In this document: piece after piece, positions 17,111 to 25,473 of the stretch
Layout: each line of letters starts with the position of its first letter
How positions within the stretch are numbered: the stretch's first letter is position 1
IMG/VR virus record: IMGVR_UViG_3300012041_000039
Coordinates: 1-42,247 of that record
DNA length: 42,247 bases
Source: a virus
Taxonomy: Duplodnaviria > Caudoviricetes
Strand: one strand, 5' to 3'
The notes under the pieces: generated by a model
The model's input: the letters and a program-made list of their open reading frames with translations, nothing else
Told to the model about the DNA's origin: nothing
Databases searched by the model: none
Made by a program: the position numbers and the translations under genes

Positions 17111-17665
17111 ATGAACGAAGAAATAGAAATTTGGAAATCAATTTCAGGATATGAAGGATTATATGAAGTATCATCTCTAGGACGAGTAAGGAGTTTAGAT
17201 AGATTAGTAGATAGTTCACAAGGATATAAAGCGAAAAGATCTGGACGTATATTAAAGCTTGGTGTTAATACTAGTGGATATTATCATGTAGCTTTATCTT
17301 ACGGTGGTGGCATAGTCATGTATAGAGTTTCCAGACTCGTAGCTGCTGCTTTTATAGAAAATCCAGAACCGATTTTCTATAACGAAGTAAACCATAAAGA
17401 TGGAATAAAATTCAATAACACCGTTGGTAATTTAGAATGATGTAATCACACGCAGAATCGTCAACACGCTATGGATTTAGGTTTGTGGAAACCTCCATAT
17501 GGAGAAAGAGCTGGTTTTGCTACTATTACCCAGGACATAGCAACTGCTATGAGAAAAGATTATTATGAATTTGGCATGTCTAATAAGAAGATCATTGAAA
17601 AATATAAAACTACAAAAGGGGTAGTTGACGGTGTAATTGGCTATAGAACCTGGATACACGAATAA
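17111..17665 (+). pseudogene. NUMOD4-HNH homing endonuclease with in-frame TGA
   Basis: EIWKSISGYEGLYEVSSLGRVRS (NUMOD4); VNHKDGIKFNNTVGNLE*CNHTQNRQHA. TGA 17438-17440 replaces the conserved Trp of NLEW. Track ORFs 17045..17440 and 17471..17665 are in the same frame. Confidence 0.85.
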
Positions 17666-17683
17666 ATTCTAAGGTTAAACGTA

Positions 17684-17899
17684 ATGGCTAAAAACATACC
17701 ACATCCTCAACTTGCAATAGAAGAATTAACATCAGCTTTAGGTTTTACGGATGAACAGAAGAGCCGAATAAGTAGTGTTAAATTACATTTATCAGCGGGT
17801 AAGATACCTACTCTTATAGTACGATATGTATTCCTTGATGATCAATTGCAAGCTTTAGTTAAATCAATTAGTAAATACAATGTGGTATTAAAAGAATGA
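17684..17899 (+). CDS. hypothetical protein
   Basis: 71-aa ORF with AAGGT RBS. Confidence 0.65.
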   Translation: MAKNIPHPQLAIEELTSALGFTDEQKSRISSVKLHLSAGKIPTLIVRYVFLDDQLQALVKSISKYNVVLKE

Positions 17900-18354
17900 T
17901 AGCTATAGCTTGTGAAGATGGTGATCTATTATTACGTTTTTCATATAACGACATAACTATTGAATGGTTTGTAGATGCTTCACAATTTCCAACTGAGGTT
18001 GCTGAAATTAAACATGATAGAGAAGTACCAGTACATGAAATACATTGGACAACAGCATTAGAAGCTGCACAATATTTGAGTGCGCTAGAGCAGCAGCAGC
18101 AGATCGAGGTGCTAACGAAGCGCGTGTCTGATATTCAGGATGACGCCGAGGCCGAGCTAAAGGAAGTTTATGCACAGGTCGAGGCGCTACAGGCCCGCGT
18201 TGCTGAGGTTCAGACAGCGGCGGGGTTGGTAATTCGTGCAGCCGATGCGATGAATCGAGTCATTGGCCGTGGCGAGATGCCCGATGCCTACGTAACCACT
18301 CGCTACGAGAGCGTGAAAGCAGAGTACGCAGCCTTAACCCGTGACGAGCAGTAA
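17896..18354 (+). CDS. hypothetical protein with C-terminal coiled coil (compositionally chimeric)
   Basis: 152-aa ORF; the 3' half is visibly more GC-rich. Confidence 0.6.
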   Translation: MIAIACEDGDLLLRFSYNDITIEWFVDASQFPTEVAEIKHDREVPVHEIHWTTALEAAQYLSALEQQQQIEVLTKRVSDIQDDAEAELKEVYAQVEALQARVAEVQTAAGLVIRAADAMNRVIGRGEMPDAYVTTRYESVKAEYAALTRDEQ

Positions 18355-18355
18355 T

Positions 18356-18463
18356 GTGGAACCCTTCATCATCGGGTTCGTTCTTGGAATGATAACTATG
18401 TTCGTTCTTGCAGTGCTCGCAGCACGGATTTATCAACAGGGCGTCCGCGACGCAGGAGGTTAA
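18356..18463 (+). CDS. 35-aa single-TM mini-protein
   Basis: GTG start; EPFIIGFVLGMITMFVLAVLAARIYQQGVRDAGG*. Confidence 0.55.
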   Translation: MEPFIIGFVLGMITMFVLAVLAARIYQQGVRDAGG

Positions 18464-18466
18464 TAA

Positions 18467-18658
18467 GTGGACTATTTACGTGTAGCTATAATTTCATTAG
18501 GTATAGCATTAGTAATTACAGGTTTATTAATAGCTTGCAATGGTAAAGAAAACATTCCTGAATGTCCTAATACAACTGTGTTAGACACACAAATGGGTTT
18601 CATTCCCGTACGTTCTGGAGATGAATGGGCATGTGTTATAGGATACAAAATTAAATGA
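18467..18658 (+). CDS. small membrane protein or possible lipoprotein
   Basis: AGGAGG RBS; hydrophobic helix ending LIAC (lipobox-like). Confidence 0.6.
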   Translation: MDYLRVAIISLGIALVITGLLIACNGKENIPECPNTTVLDTQMGFIPVRSGDEWACVIGYKIK

Positions 18659-19002
18659 GCTATCCAATTGATTTGAATGATTTAGCACAACGTATCAATA
18701 AGAATGCACGAGATCATGGATTCTGGTCTACTGATAATTATCCTACGTTTGGTGACAAGATAGCCCTTGTACACAGTGAGTTAAGTGAATCACTAGAAGA
18801 ATATCGTGATCATAAAGCATGGTATTATGAGGTTGATGGTAAGCCAGAAGGTATTGGTGTTGAATTAGCAGATGCAATAATTCGTATACTTGATATGTGT
18901 GAAGAAATGGCTCCACAGGGTTTTAACATACAACAAGCAATACTCAATAAAATGTCCTACAATGAAACACGTTCTTTTATGCATGGTGGTAAAGCTCTAT
19001 GA
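18655..19002 (+). CDS. MazG-like nucleotide pyrophosphohydrolase
   Basis: KIALVHSELSESLEE...VELADAIIRILD...KMSYNETRSFMHGGK; ExxE...ExxD motif. Confidence 0.85.
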   Translation: MSYPIDLNDLAQRINKNARDHGFWSTDNYPTFGDKIALVHSELSESLEEYRDHKAWYYEVDGKPEGIGVELADAIIRILDMCEEMAPQGFNIQQAILNKMSYNETRSFMHGGKAL

Positions 19003-19127
19003 GTGATGAAATACCTAATGAATATTATTCACTACAATGCCCAAACAAGAAATGTGGACATATGAATTTACGATGGCGAATGCTTTGCTATATCTGCGGA
19101 ACTAGACTCCATCCAGTTGTAACATAA
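18999..19127 (+). CDS. 42-aa RanBP2-like Zn-ribbon protein
   Basis: CPNKKCGHMNLRWRMLCYIC (C-x4-C-x3-N-x6-C-x2-C); ATGA and TAATG overlaps. Confidence 0.65.
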   Translation: MSDEIPNEYYSLQCPNKKCGHMNLRWRMLCYICGTRLHPVVT

Positions 19128-19780
19128 TGCAAATAGTACCAATTAGTTTTCAATTTCTTGATCCATTCACAGCAGATGATGGCATACGTATGCTTAAGAA
19201 GATTGAGCGTATAGCGCGTGTAAGTCATAGAAGTGAAGATAGAGTAACAGAAGATTCTTATGATAAGTTTCTTAGAAGTGTTGTAATGACACATGGCGAC
19301 TTAAGTGTTATTGAACACGTTAATGTTACAGTTGAAGTGGAAGTTGATCGTGGAATAACTCATGAAATAGTACGTCATCGTATTGGGGCTTATACACAAG
19401 AATCAACTCGTTTCGTTAACTACAATAAACAACCAATGAGATTCATACAGCCTCCTTTCAAATCAGCTATGACTGATTCTTTTTGGGAAGAGGCTGTAGA
19501 GCATCTAGAAGAAACCTATCTTGCATTATTGAAAGAAGGTGAACCGCCAGAAATAGCTCGCAGTGTACTACCGAATAGTCTAGCAGCTAAATTAGTCATA
19601 ACTTACAATCTACGCATGTGGCGCTATTTCTTAATCATGCGTACAACTAAAGAAGCCCATCCACAGATGAAATTATTAACAATTCCTTTGGTTGATAGGT
19701 TTAAGGAGACGATACCAATTTTATTTGAAGATATACTTCCGGAAGTGCGACAAGCAGATGCTATGAGATTACTCCGTTGA
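19127..19780 (+). CDS. thyX: FAD-dependent thymidylate synthase
   Basis: SVIEH, RGITHEIVRHRIGAYTQESTRFV (RHR-x7-S-x-R), EIARSVLPNS, NLR.WR.F...R....AHPQM. Confidence 0.93.
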   Translation: MQIVPISFQFLDPFTADDGIRMLKKIERIARVSHRSEDRVTEDSYDKFLRSVVMTHGDLSVIEHVNVTVEVEVDRGITHEIVRHRIGAYTQESTRFVNYNKQPMRFIQPPFKSAMTDSFWEEAVEHLEETYLALLKEGEPPEIARSVLPNSLAAKLVITYNLRMWRYFLIMRTTKEAHPQMKLLTIPLVDRFKETIPILFEDILPEVRQADAMRLLR

Positions 19781-20001
19781 ATATACAAGCCACATTGTTA
19801 AAACAACGTTGTAAGATTATGTCACCTATAGATTGTCTTGGTCATAATTGGCAATGTACTAAATGGCAAGGTCACGTGAAGCAGCGTGGTAATAAAACTC
19901 ATACGGCTTTCGCACCTAGTAGTTGGCATCCAGACTTTGCTATTAAATTTACAGGTGAACCTAACATGCTAACAATTGAAGAGGAGAGAAATGCGCAGTA
20001 G
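19777..20001 (+). CDS. hypothetical Cys/His protein
   Basis: 74-aa ORF with TTGA overlap. Confidence 0.5.
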   Translation: MNIQATLLKQRCKIMSPIDCLGHNWQCTKWQGHVKQRGNKTHTAFAPSSWHPDFAIKFTGEPNMLTIEEERNAQ

Positions 20002-20362
20002 TAAAGAATTAATTAAAATTGCACAACAGGGTGGTCTTATTGTTGGTAAACCATTTACAGCGTATCTACTAAATTATGAAGCAGGCACTGCCGCTCGATG
20101 TGCACAGTATGCTGTTCATACTGATGGTGTAGAATCAGAAGGTTATAGAGCACATCTACAGACAGAGATGGCAGACCTACTAACTCAAGCACGTATGTTA
20201 CTAGAATTATATGATCTTCCGTGGCAAGAAACTATGGAGATGGGTGAAGCTAAACTTATAGAAACAGCAGAGAAGTTTCAGAAGTTAAATATTAACACTA
20301 TGGATCGTATACTAGGACGCGAGCGTATAGTGCGAACACCAACACGTAGAGAAGGTGATTAA
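19991..20362 (+). CDS. second, divergent MazG-like helical protein
   Basis: NYEAG...LQTEMADLLTQARMLLELYDL resembles the E...ExxD helical hairpin; GAGGAG RBS supports ATG 19991. Confidence 0.5.
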   Translation: MRSSKELIKIAQQGGLIVGKPFTAYLLNYEAGTAARCAQYAVHTDGVESEGYRAHLQTEMADLLTQARMLLELYDLPWQETMEMGEAKLIETAEKFQKLNINTMDRILGRERIVRTPTRREGD

Positions 20363-20559
20363 TGGTTGGAACACCGTCAAGAAAAACATTATTAACAGCA
20401 GTCCGAGAGTTGGTTAATTGCTGTGAATTAGTAATTGAGGATCGAGTACCTGGCAAATACGTAGTTATCGAATGGCCGAGCATGAAGTCAGGAATCATTA
20501 CTGACGATAAGGCGACAATACGTGCCGTCGAATATGTACTGACAAGCGCCGATGACTAA
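20362..20559 (+). CDS. hypothetical protein
   Basis: AAGGTG RBS; TAATG overlap. Confidence 0.6.
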   Translation: MVGTPSRKTLLTAVRELVNCCELVIEDRVPGKYVVIEWPSMKSGIITDDKATIRAVEYVLTSADD

Positions 20560-20719
20560 CGAATCTCATATAGTTCAAAATGTTGCATTAGGAACTTGTA
20601 CGCGTTGTTTGAAACAATTTCCTAAAGAAAAGATGTACACGTTTTGGCACTATTTTGGTGGTATTAGAGTATGCAGCGATTGTTGGGATAAGCTAGAAGA
20701 GCGAGAACGTGACAAGTAA
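20552..20719 (+). CDS. 55-aa Zn-finger protein
   Basis: CTRC...VCSDCW; below the track cutoff. Confidence 0.65.
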   Translation: MTNESHIVQNVALGTCTRCLKQFPKEKMYTFWHYFGGIRVCSDCWDKLEERERDK

Positions 20720-20831
20720 ATATGTCAAACATACATGGATAAGTTTTAGAACATTTTATAAATGTTTAATTTGTGGAGAAAAATTAACTATTAATCAGGG
20801 GCCATACGGCCCGAAAGGTAAACTACATTAA
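20709..20831 (+). CDS. 40-aa His/CxxC mini-protein
   Basis: GTG start; HTW...KCLICG; TAATG overlap downstream. Confidence 0.5.
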   Translation: MTSKYVKHTWISFRTFYKCLICGEKLTINQGPYGPKGKLH

Positions 20832-21004
20832 TGCCTAAACCTGAACTTGTACACCTTAGATTTATTGATTTCGTTGCATGTGATACAGCTAAAGGTTTCA
20901 TCCAGTATAGAGTGTGGACTCGTGATCCTAACGATGTAACTTGTAATAATTGTATGCGTACTAACTTTTATAAAACAGCTAAGAAACGTCTTTCATCCAC
21001 ATAA
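20831..21004 (+). CDS. 57-aa Zn-finger protein
   Basis: H...C...VTCNNC; last gene of the + arm. Confidence 0.6.
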   Translation: MPKPELVHLRFIDFVACDTAKGFIQYRVWTRDPNDVTCNNCMRTNFYKTAKKRLSST

Positions 21005-21010
21005 TAAACT

Positions 21011-21066
21011 CGTACAAAATTCTAGTAGCTATAGCCATTAAGACTATAGCTACTAAAATTTGTACG
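21011..21066. terminator. long hairpin between converging transcription units (probable bidirectional terminator)
   Basis: Perfect arms TAGTAGCTATAG (21023-21034) and CTATAGCTACTA (21044-21055), extended imperfectly by CGTACAAAATTC / AAATTTGTACG. Confidence 0.7.
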
Positions 21067-21085
21067 GTAGCAATCAATACATACT

Positions 21086-21757
21086 TCATTTAGTTCGAAG
21101 TACAGGAATACAAAACTCGCCCGATTCATCAAGTAAACGTTCGAAATCATCAAACGTCAGAAATGCTTCACCGTTAATACCCCATGAACTTCCCCAACTA
21201 TTATGCACTCGTACGAGTTTCTTTGCTACGTTTAATCCATTTACCAGTATAGCGTGTCCGCCAACAGGCTGTCCTGTAATATGCAGTAAACCACTAGCAT
21301 CAGGATCATACATCGATTCGTACCAGTTTACACCTGCAACGCCCGGCCCAAAATAGCTTAACGCTAAGAGAGCTTCCTGCATGTCGAATGCCCAACGATA
21401 TTCTTTATAATGACCTAACTGTGTAGCTATTTTAGCTCCTGCTAAAATACTAGTACCATGATTATAGTTAACTACAGGTTGGTCGTTAGCGGGCCAAGGA
21501 TCAATAAACGTAGCCTCTCGATATATTAGCCTAGCTAACTGTAAGTCAACAGGCCAAACTCTAGGTCGTGCAGCCATTTCATGCGCCCATGCACAACCTA
21601 CACATACTCCTTCACTCAGTTGATCAAGTACCGTAGCACATGACCATGTGTAACTACGTAATGGTTTAGGTTCAACTAGAGTGCGTATAGAGTACTCTCG
21701 ACTGCGTTCATCAAACTGTGGAAGTCGTCCTAAGCTAGCAGAAAATGGTCTTGTCAT
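21086..21757 (-). CDS. papain-like (C1-family) cysteine peptidase
   Basis: DQLSEGVCVGCA (oxyanion Gln, catalytic Cys), GGHAI (His), HNSWGSSWGING (Asn); ATGA overlap supports start 21757. Confidence 0.88.
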   Translation of the reverse strand: MTRPFSASLGRLPQFDERSREYSIRTLVEPKPLRSYTWSCATVLDQLSEGVCVGCAWAHEMAARPRVWPVDLQLARLIYREATFIDPWPANDQPVVNYNHGTSILAGAKIATQLGHYKEYRWAFDMQEALLALSYFGPGVAGVNWYESMYDPDASGLLHITGQPVGGHAILVNGLNVAKKLVRVHNSWGSSWGINGEAFLTFDDFERLLDESGEFCIPVLRTK

Positions 21758-22047
21758 CGTTGCACCAAGTTCCACCACCACGGCTTAATTGTTGGGTTGT
21801 TAGCTGTTACTGTGTCGGGAGTTGCTCGACCAGTACGTGATATAACTCTCACTGTGTTCATAGTAGCTAGAGCAACTCTTGCTCCATAACCAGCTACAAG
21901 CTCACTAACTCCTGCAAGAGCAATCGCTATAGCGCCTGTTGCTATCCAATTGTATGGAGTACCAATATCTATTGCATAAGCTGAAACGAATGTTGCAGCC
22001 GTAATTAACATAGCTTGTAAACTTCTAAGTAAGGTACCTAAATTCAT
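21754..22047 (-). CDS. holin-like two-TM protein
   Basis: Two hydrophobic helices, basic C-terminal tail, downstream of the amidase. Confidence 0.6.
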   Translation of the reverse strand: MNLGTLLRSLQAMLITAATFVSAYAIDIGTPYNWIATGAIAIALAGVSELVAGYGARVALATMNTVRVISRTGRATPDTVTANNPTIKPWWWNLVQR

Positions 22048-22048
22048 T

Positions 22049-22447
22049 TTATACCTCGTTAATTATTGTAAAACTCGGCATGTTACTGCTGTCGTCCGCC
22101 GCATTAGAACCACCCGGTGAATCACTTGCGGGGCCTTGCGCATGTGTCATCGTCATTGGTGATTGTATAGCTACACTAGGATCGCGGTTAGCACCTACCA
22201 TTTGAGGTAGACGTGGCATTACACCATCACTAATTACATTGCGTGCTGTTGAACCACCACCTGCTATACTGAAGAAATTCAATACATCATTTAAGTAGGG
22301 ATTCTCTTTATCAAATATAAGTAATACAGCAAAACTACCCGCTGCAAATATAAGTGCTAACAGAGCTAACACCAACCATATTATAAGTGTTTTACTACTA
22401 GTAACATAGTCTACGGCTTGCCCCATTCGTGTGGTTGGCGGCTCCAT
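22049..22447 (-). CDS. membrane protein (holin or antiholin-like)
   Basis: Strong TM LIIWLVLALLALIFAAGSFAVLLIF directly after the amidase. Confidence 0.55.
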   Translation of the reverse strand: MEPPTTRMGQAVDYVTSSKTLIIWLVLALLALIFAAGSFAVLLIFDKENPYLNDVLNFFSIAGGGSTARNVISDGVMPRLPQMVGANRDPSVAIQSPMTMTHAQGPASDSPGGSNAADDSSNMPSFTIINEV

Positions 22448-22450
22448 ATT

Positions 22451-23380
22451 TTAAGTCCAATAACCTAATGCACTGGCTCCTTGGAATTCAACATCTTCGG
22501 CGTTTCCTGCTTTGAGTTTAATCCATCCTTTACCTGCAATACCTCCCGGCCCAACAAAGGTGTCGTCTGTTGGTATAACATGTACTTCGTCACTGTATGG
22601 TATGCCCTGCGTCGTCCAACCCATGCGTTTTGCAATGAGGCCCGAACCATGATATATCTCTACGAATCCATGTTTAACTAAAAACTCCAGTTGATAGCTT
22701 CTAGCGTCTGGAAACTTAAAGTCAGCTAGTATATTTGCCCAAGCCTCCTGTCCTTTCGCTATACGTAGACCTTGGAAATATGACGGCCATGCGTTATGTG
22801 CTACAAACATATCAGTTGCCCCTACATCATTATTAGTTAAATCATCATACAAACGTTTACGCGGCCATCCATTACCAGGACAATATGGTCTATTAACTTG
22901 GTCAAACATATAGTGACCAGCTAGCGAGTCGATATCAAATTTAAGTAAATTAAATGCTCTTACACGAGCAGCTTCTTCTATACACCATCGTTTAACACGT
23001 AAATCACTGTCGTACATAGCTTCAGGCCATATCATGTTAGTTTCGGTGGCATCTTCATGTTCAGTACTTATCAAGTAACCATTAGGATTTTGGCTATTCA
23101 TACTTTGATAAGGAGGCCATATCACCTGTGGCCCAAGCCTACCCTGTGCAAACGCTGTATCAAATATGTTTACCAGTTGAGCTATACGTCCATCTTTAGC
23201 AATAGCAAAGTGAGCACTTACTCCACTACCATTCCAAAAGGCTGCACTAATTAGTGTGCCATAGTATCCTCCTGCGGTATGATCACAGAAACCTACTCTA
23301 TCAACGTATCCTCTAGCCCAACAAACATTCTCTTGTAAACCTTGTACTTGCACAGCAAAAGGACAAATACCATTTGGCAT
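22451..23380 (-). CDS. endolysin, N-acetylmuramoyl-L-alanine amidase (Amidase_2-like) with C-terminal accessory domain
   Basis: DHTAGG, SAHFAI..DG.IAQLV...DTAFAQG, N...ISTEHE, AGH...CPG; TAATG overlap gives start 23380. Confidence 0.85.
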   Translation of the reverse strand: MPNGICPFAVQVQGLQENVCWARGYVDRVGFCDHTAGGYYGTLISAAFWNGSGVSAHFAIAKDGRIAQLVNIFDTAFAQGRLGPQVIWPPYQSMNSQNPNGYLISTEHEDATETNMIWPEAMYDSDLRVKRWCIEEAARVRAFNLLKFDIDSLAGHYMFDQVNRPYCPGNGWPRKRLYDDLTNNDVGATDMFVAHNAWPSYFQGLRIAKGQEAWANILADFKFPDARSYQLEFLVKHGFVEIYHGSGLIAKRMGWTTQGIPYSDEVHVIPTDDTFVGPGGIAGKGWIKLKAGNAEDVEFQGASALGYWT

Positions 23381-24057
23381 TATTGCCTTAATATCAATGC
23401 TAATATTATACCCGTAACAGGTAACAGTATACCAATAATACCTAAAGCTACCATCCAACTACTAGCTATACCACTACCTTGACCTTCTTGACGATCGAGT
23501 CGTTTCTGTAGCTCACCAATAAGAGCATACAACGCACGAATTTCTGTTTGGTGGTTAGTTGTTATAGCATCAATTTGTTTTGTAGTTGCAGCCTCTGACT
23601 TATCAATACTAAGAGTGAAGCTTTTATTCTGCTCACCTACAGCTTCTTTAGCAGCTTGTAAGGCGGCAGCAACGGCTGTACTGGTAGCAACAGCACTCTC
23701 TTTAACACGAGTATCACGTTCTTCAAACTGAGTTTCTATACCACGAAATAGAGCATCAACAGTAGAAAATTTCTCAAAGAGTAAATCTTTCAAGCTAGTA
23801 GTTTTAAGATCAACTTCACTAGGTACTTTATCAGCTTTTTGTTGTAATAATTCTATGGCTTTATCCATAGCATTGAGACGTGTTTCAAGTATATCTCTAA
23901 CTGCATGATCATTAGACTCAAGAAGTAATCGAGTTGCATTATCATCCGTCTGTAGTAACTCTTTCAACAACTCAATTTCTCGCATGAGTTGTTGCGTTGT
24001 TAGTACCGAAGGATCAGGTATTGGTCGAAGTCCACCGTTAATATGTTGCTCAGCCAA
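23380..24057 (-). CDS. coiled-coil protein with C-terminal TM anchor (lysis-cassette associated)
   Basis: Long heptad region, then WMVALGIIGILLPVTGIILALIL; AGGAGA RBS with TTG start. Confidence 0.7.
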   Translation of the reverse strand: MAEQHINGGLRPIPDPSVLTTQQLMREIELLKELLQTDDNATRLLLESNDHAVRDILETRLNAMDKAIELLQQKADKVPSEVDLKTTSLKDLLFEKFSTVDALFRGIETQFEERDTRVKESAVATSTAVAAALQAAKEAVGEQNKSFTLSIDKSEAATTKQIDAITTNHQTEIRALYALIGELQKRLDRQEGQGSGIASSWMVALGIIGILLPVTGIILALILRQ

Positions 24058-24072
24058 AGTTCTATCTCCTAT

Positions 24073-25473
24073 TTAAGTCCACACCATAGTCCATACAGAG
24101 TTTTGGTCTAGCCAACCTACATCGTTGGCAACTTCAACTACTACTTCGTTTATAGAATCCCATGCATAGAAATAATCTTCTGGGCCGGGATTACCAAAAC
24201 GTTCCCACATAGGATAATAAACACCATTACGCATACTTAAATAACCACCGGCCATATATCCGGTATAACCGTCGTTAATTGTACTGTGAAGATCTTCAGC
24301 AGGTTCCCATGTTTCCATATCATCAGTAGAGATTTTACGTTGAGCAATACTATAAGGAATACCAGGGAAAAAATCGTCATAACGAGTGGCTATTGATATG
24401 TCACCATTAGGTTCACAACGAATATTAATATCGTATGGCCCAATTGCTGCCCACTCGTTGCTATAGATTTGAGTTTTCTCTTCTATACTAGTGGCACCGA
24501 TAATGAAACTACGTACGTCTGTAGGTTCACTATAAGCTGACCCGTGGTTAGGATCGCCACCTCCTGTAAAGGGCCAATCGAATGCAGCTAACATTATCTT
24601 ACCATCACTACGTAGGGCACCATCGAAGTCTCGTGTATAGTCATCGTCTGTAGTACGTATGGGTTGAGCTATACTAGTTTCAACCCAACTACCATTGTAT
24701 AATTTACGACTTATTTCACCAGCACTACGATCCCAATAAATACCAATTAAATCATCATCTTCCTCGTCACTTGGAAAGAGCAGCATCATGTCACCGTTAT
24801 CATCTTCCCAAGGGCCAGGAAGTGAAACCCATGTTTCACCTTCGTCTATTGACTTAAAGAAATAGCTACCTGAACTATCATTTGTTTTCCATGTAGCGTA
24901 TATACTACCACTGTTAGCTCGTACTACAGTTCCCCATTCAGAAAAATATACACCAGTTCCACTAACGTATGGAGGATCTATAGGATTTGAAGGAGCTATA
25001 AGTCTGGTATCAATTAATAACTCATCATTTGAAGTATCAAGTTGTCCATAATGCAATCCCCAAGTAGATACATCATCACCATCTGTCCATAAAATATGTA
25101 TTTTATTTCCAGCATATGAAGGGTTCCATGCATCTGCCCATACAGTTAACCAACCATAATAATTAGATGAAATTTGTACCAAATCGCCCCATGATTGTCC
25201 ACGATCAAGACTCTTCTTATAACCGACTCCTGTAACAGCTTGATAGAAGAAGTATCCAATACTGGGACTACTAGTTGTAGCTTGTGGTGTACTATTACTA
25301 GGTATGTAACTTGGTGGACGTTTGCTGCGCTTTTCAATAATTCTAGTAACAGTTTTATTAGATACTTTAACCTCTGCACGTTCAATATTAGTTATACGAA
25401 TATCTTGTAGACGATCCGATTGTACTTTATTACTAGTACTTTCACGAAGCCACGGTATATATTTCTTAGGCAC
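24073..25473 (-). CDS. tail-tip or receptor-binding protein with Asp-box (BNR) beta-propeller
   Basis: S-x-D-x-G/M-x-T/S-W repeats SLDRGQSW, SIDEGETW, STDDMETW; last gene of the tail cluster. Confidence 0.7.
   Translation of the reverse strand: MPKKYIPWLRESTSNKVQSDRLQDIRITNIERAEVKVSNKTVTRIIEKRSKRPPSYIPSNSTPQATTSSPSIGYFFYQAVTGVGYKKSLDRGQSWGDLVQISSNYYGWLTVWADAWNPSYAGNKIHILWTDGDDVSTWGLHYGQLDTSNDELLIDTRLIAPSNPIDPPYVSGTGVYFSEWGTVVRANSGSIYATWKTNDSSGSYFFKSIDEGETWVSLPGPWEDDNGDMMLLFPSDEEDDDLIGIYWDRSAGEISRKLYNGSWVETSIAQPIRTTDDDYTRDFDGALRSDGKIMLAAFDWPFTGGGDPNHGSAYSEPTDVRSFIIGATSIEEKTQIYSNEWAAIGPYDINIRCEPNGDISIATRYDDFFPGIPYSIAQRKISTDDMETWEPAEDLHSTINDGYTGYMAGGYLSMRNGVYYPMWERFGNPGPEDYFYAWDSINEVVVEVANDVGWLDQNSVWTMVWT

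Noticed and set aside
17438-17440. TGA=Trp recoding (alternative genetic code)
   Set aside because: TGA acts as a stop in many ATGA/GTGA overlaps (405-408, 7213-7216, 13169-13172, 15745-15748), and long genes use TGG with no internal stops.
13169-20362. Definite Z-genome (2-aminoadenine) or hmU pathway
   Set aside because: No PurZ, DatZ or dUMP hydroxymethylase is recognisable in the window, and ThyX implies thymine synthesis. Only the weaker hypothesis is reported.
1130-20498. - strand ORFs opposite the replication genes (e.g. 1130..1471, 3948..4202, 11094..11420, 13201..13578)
   Set aside because: Antisense shadows lying within well-supported + strand genes.
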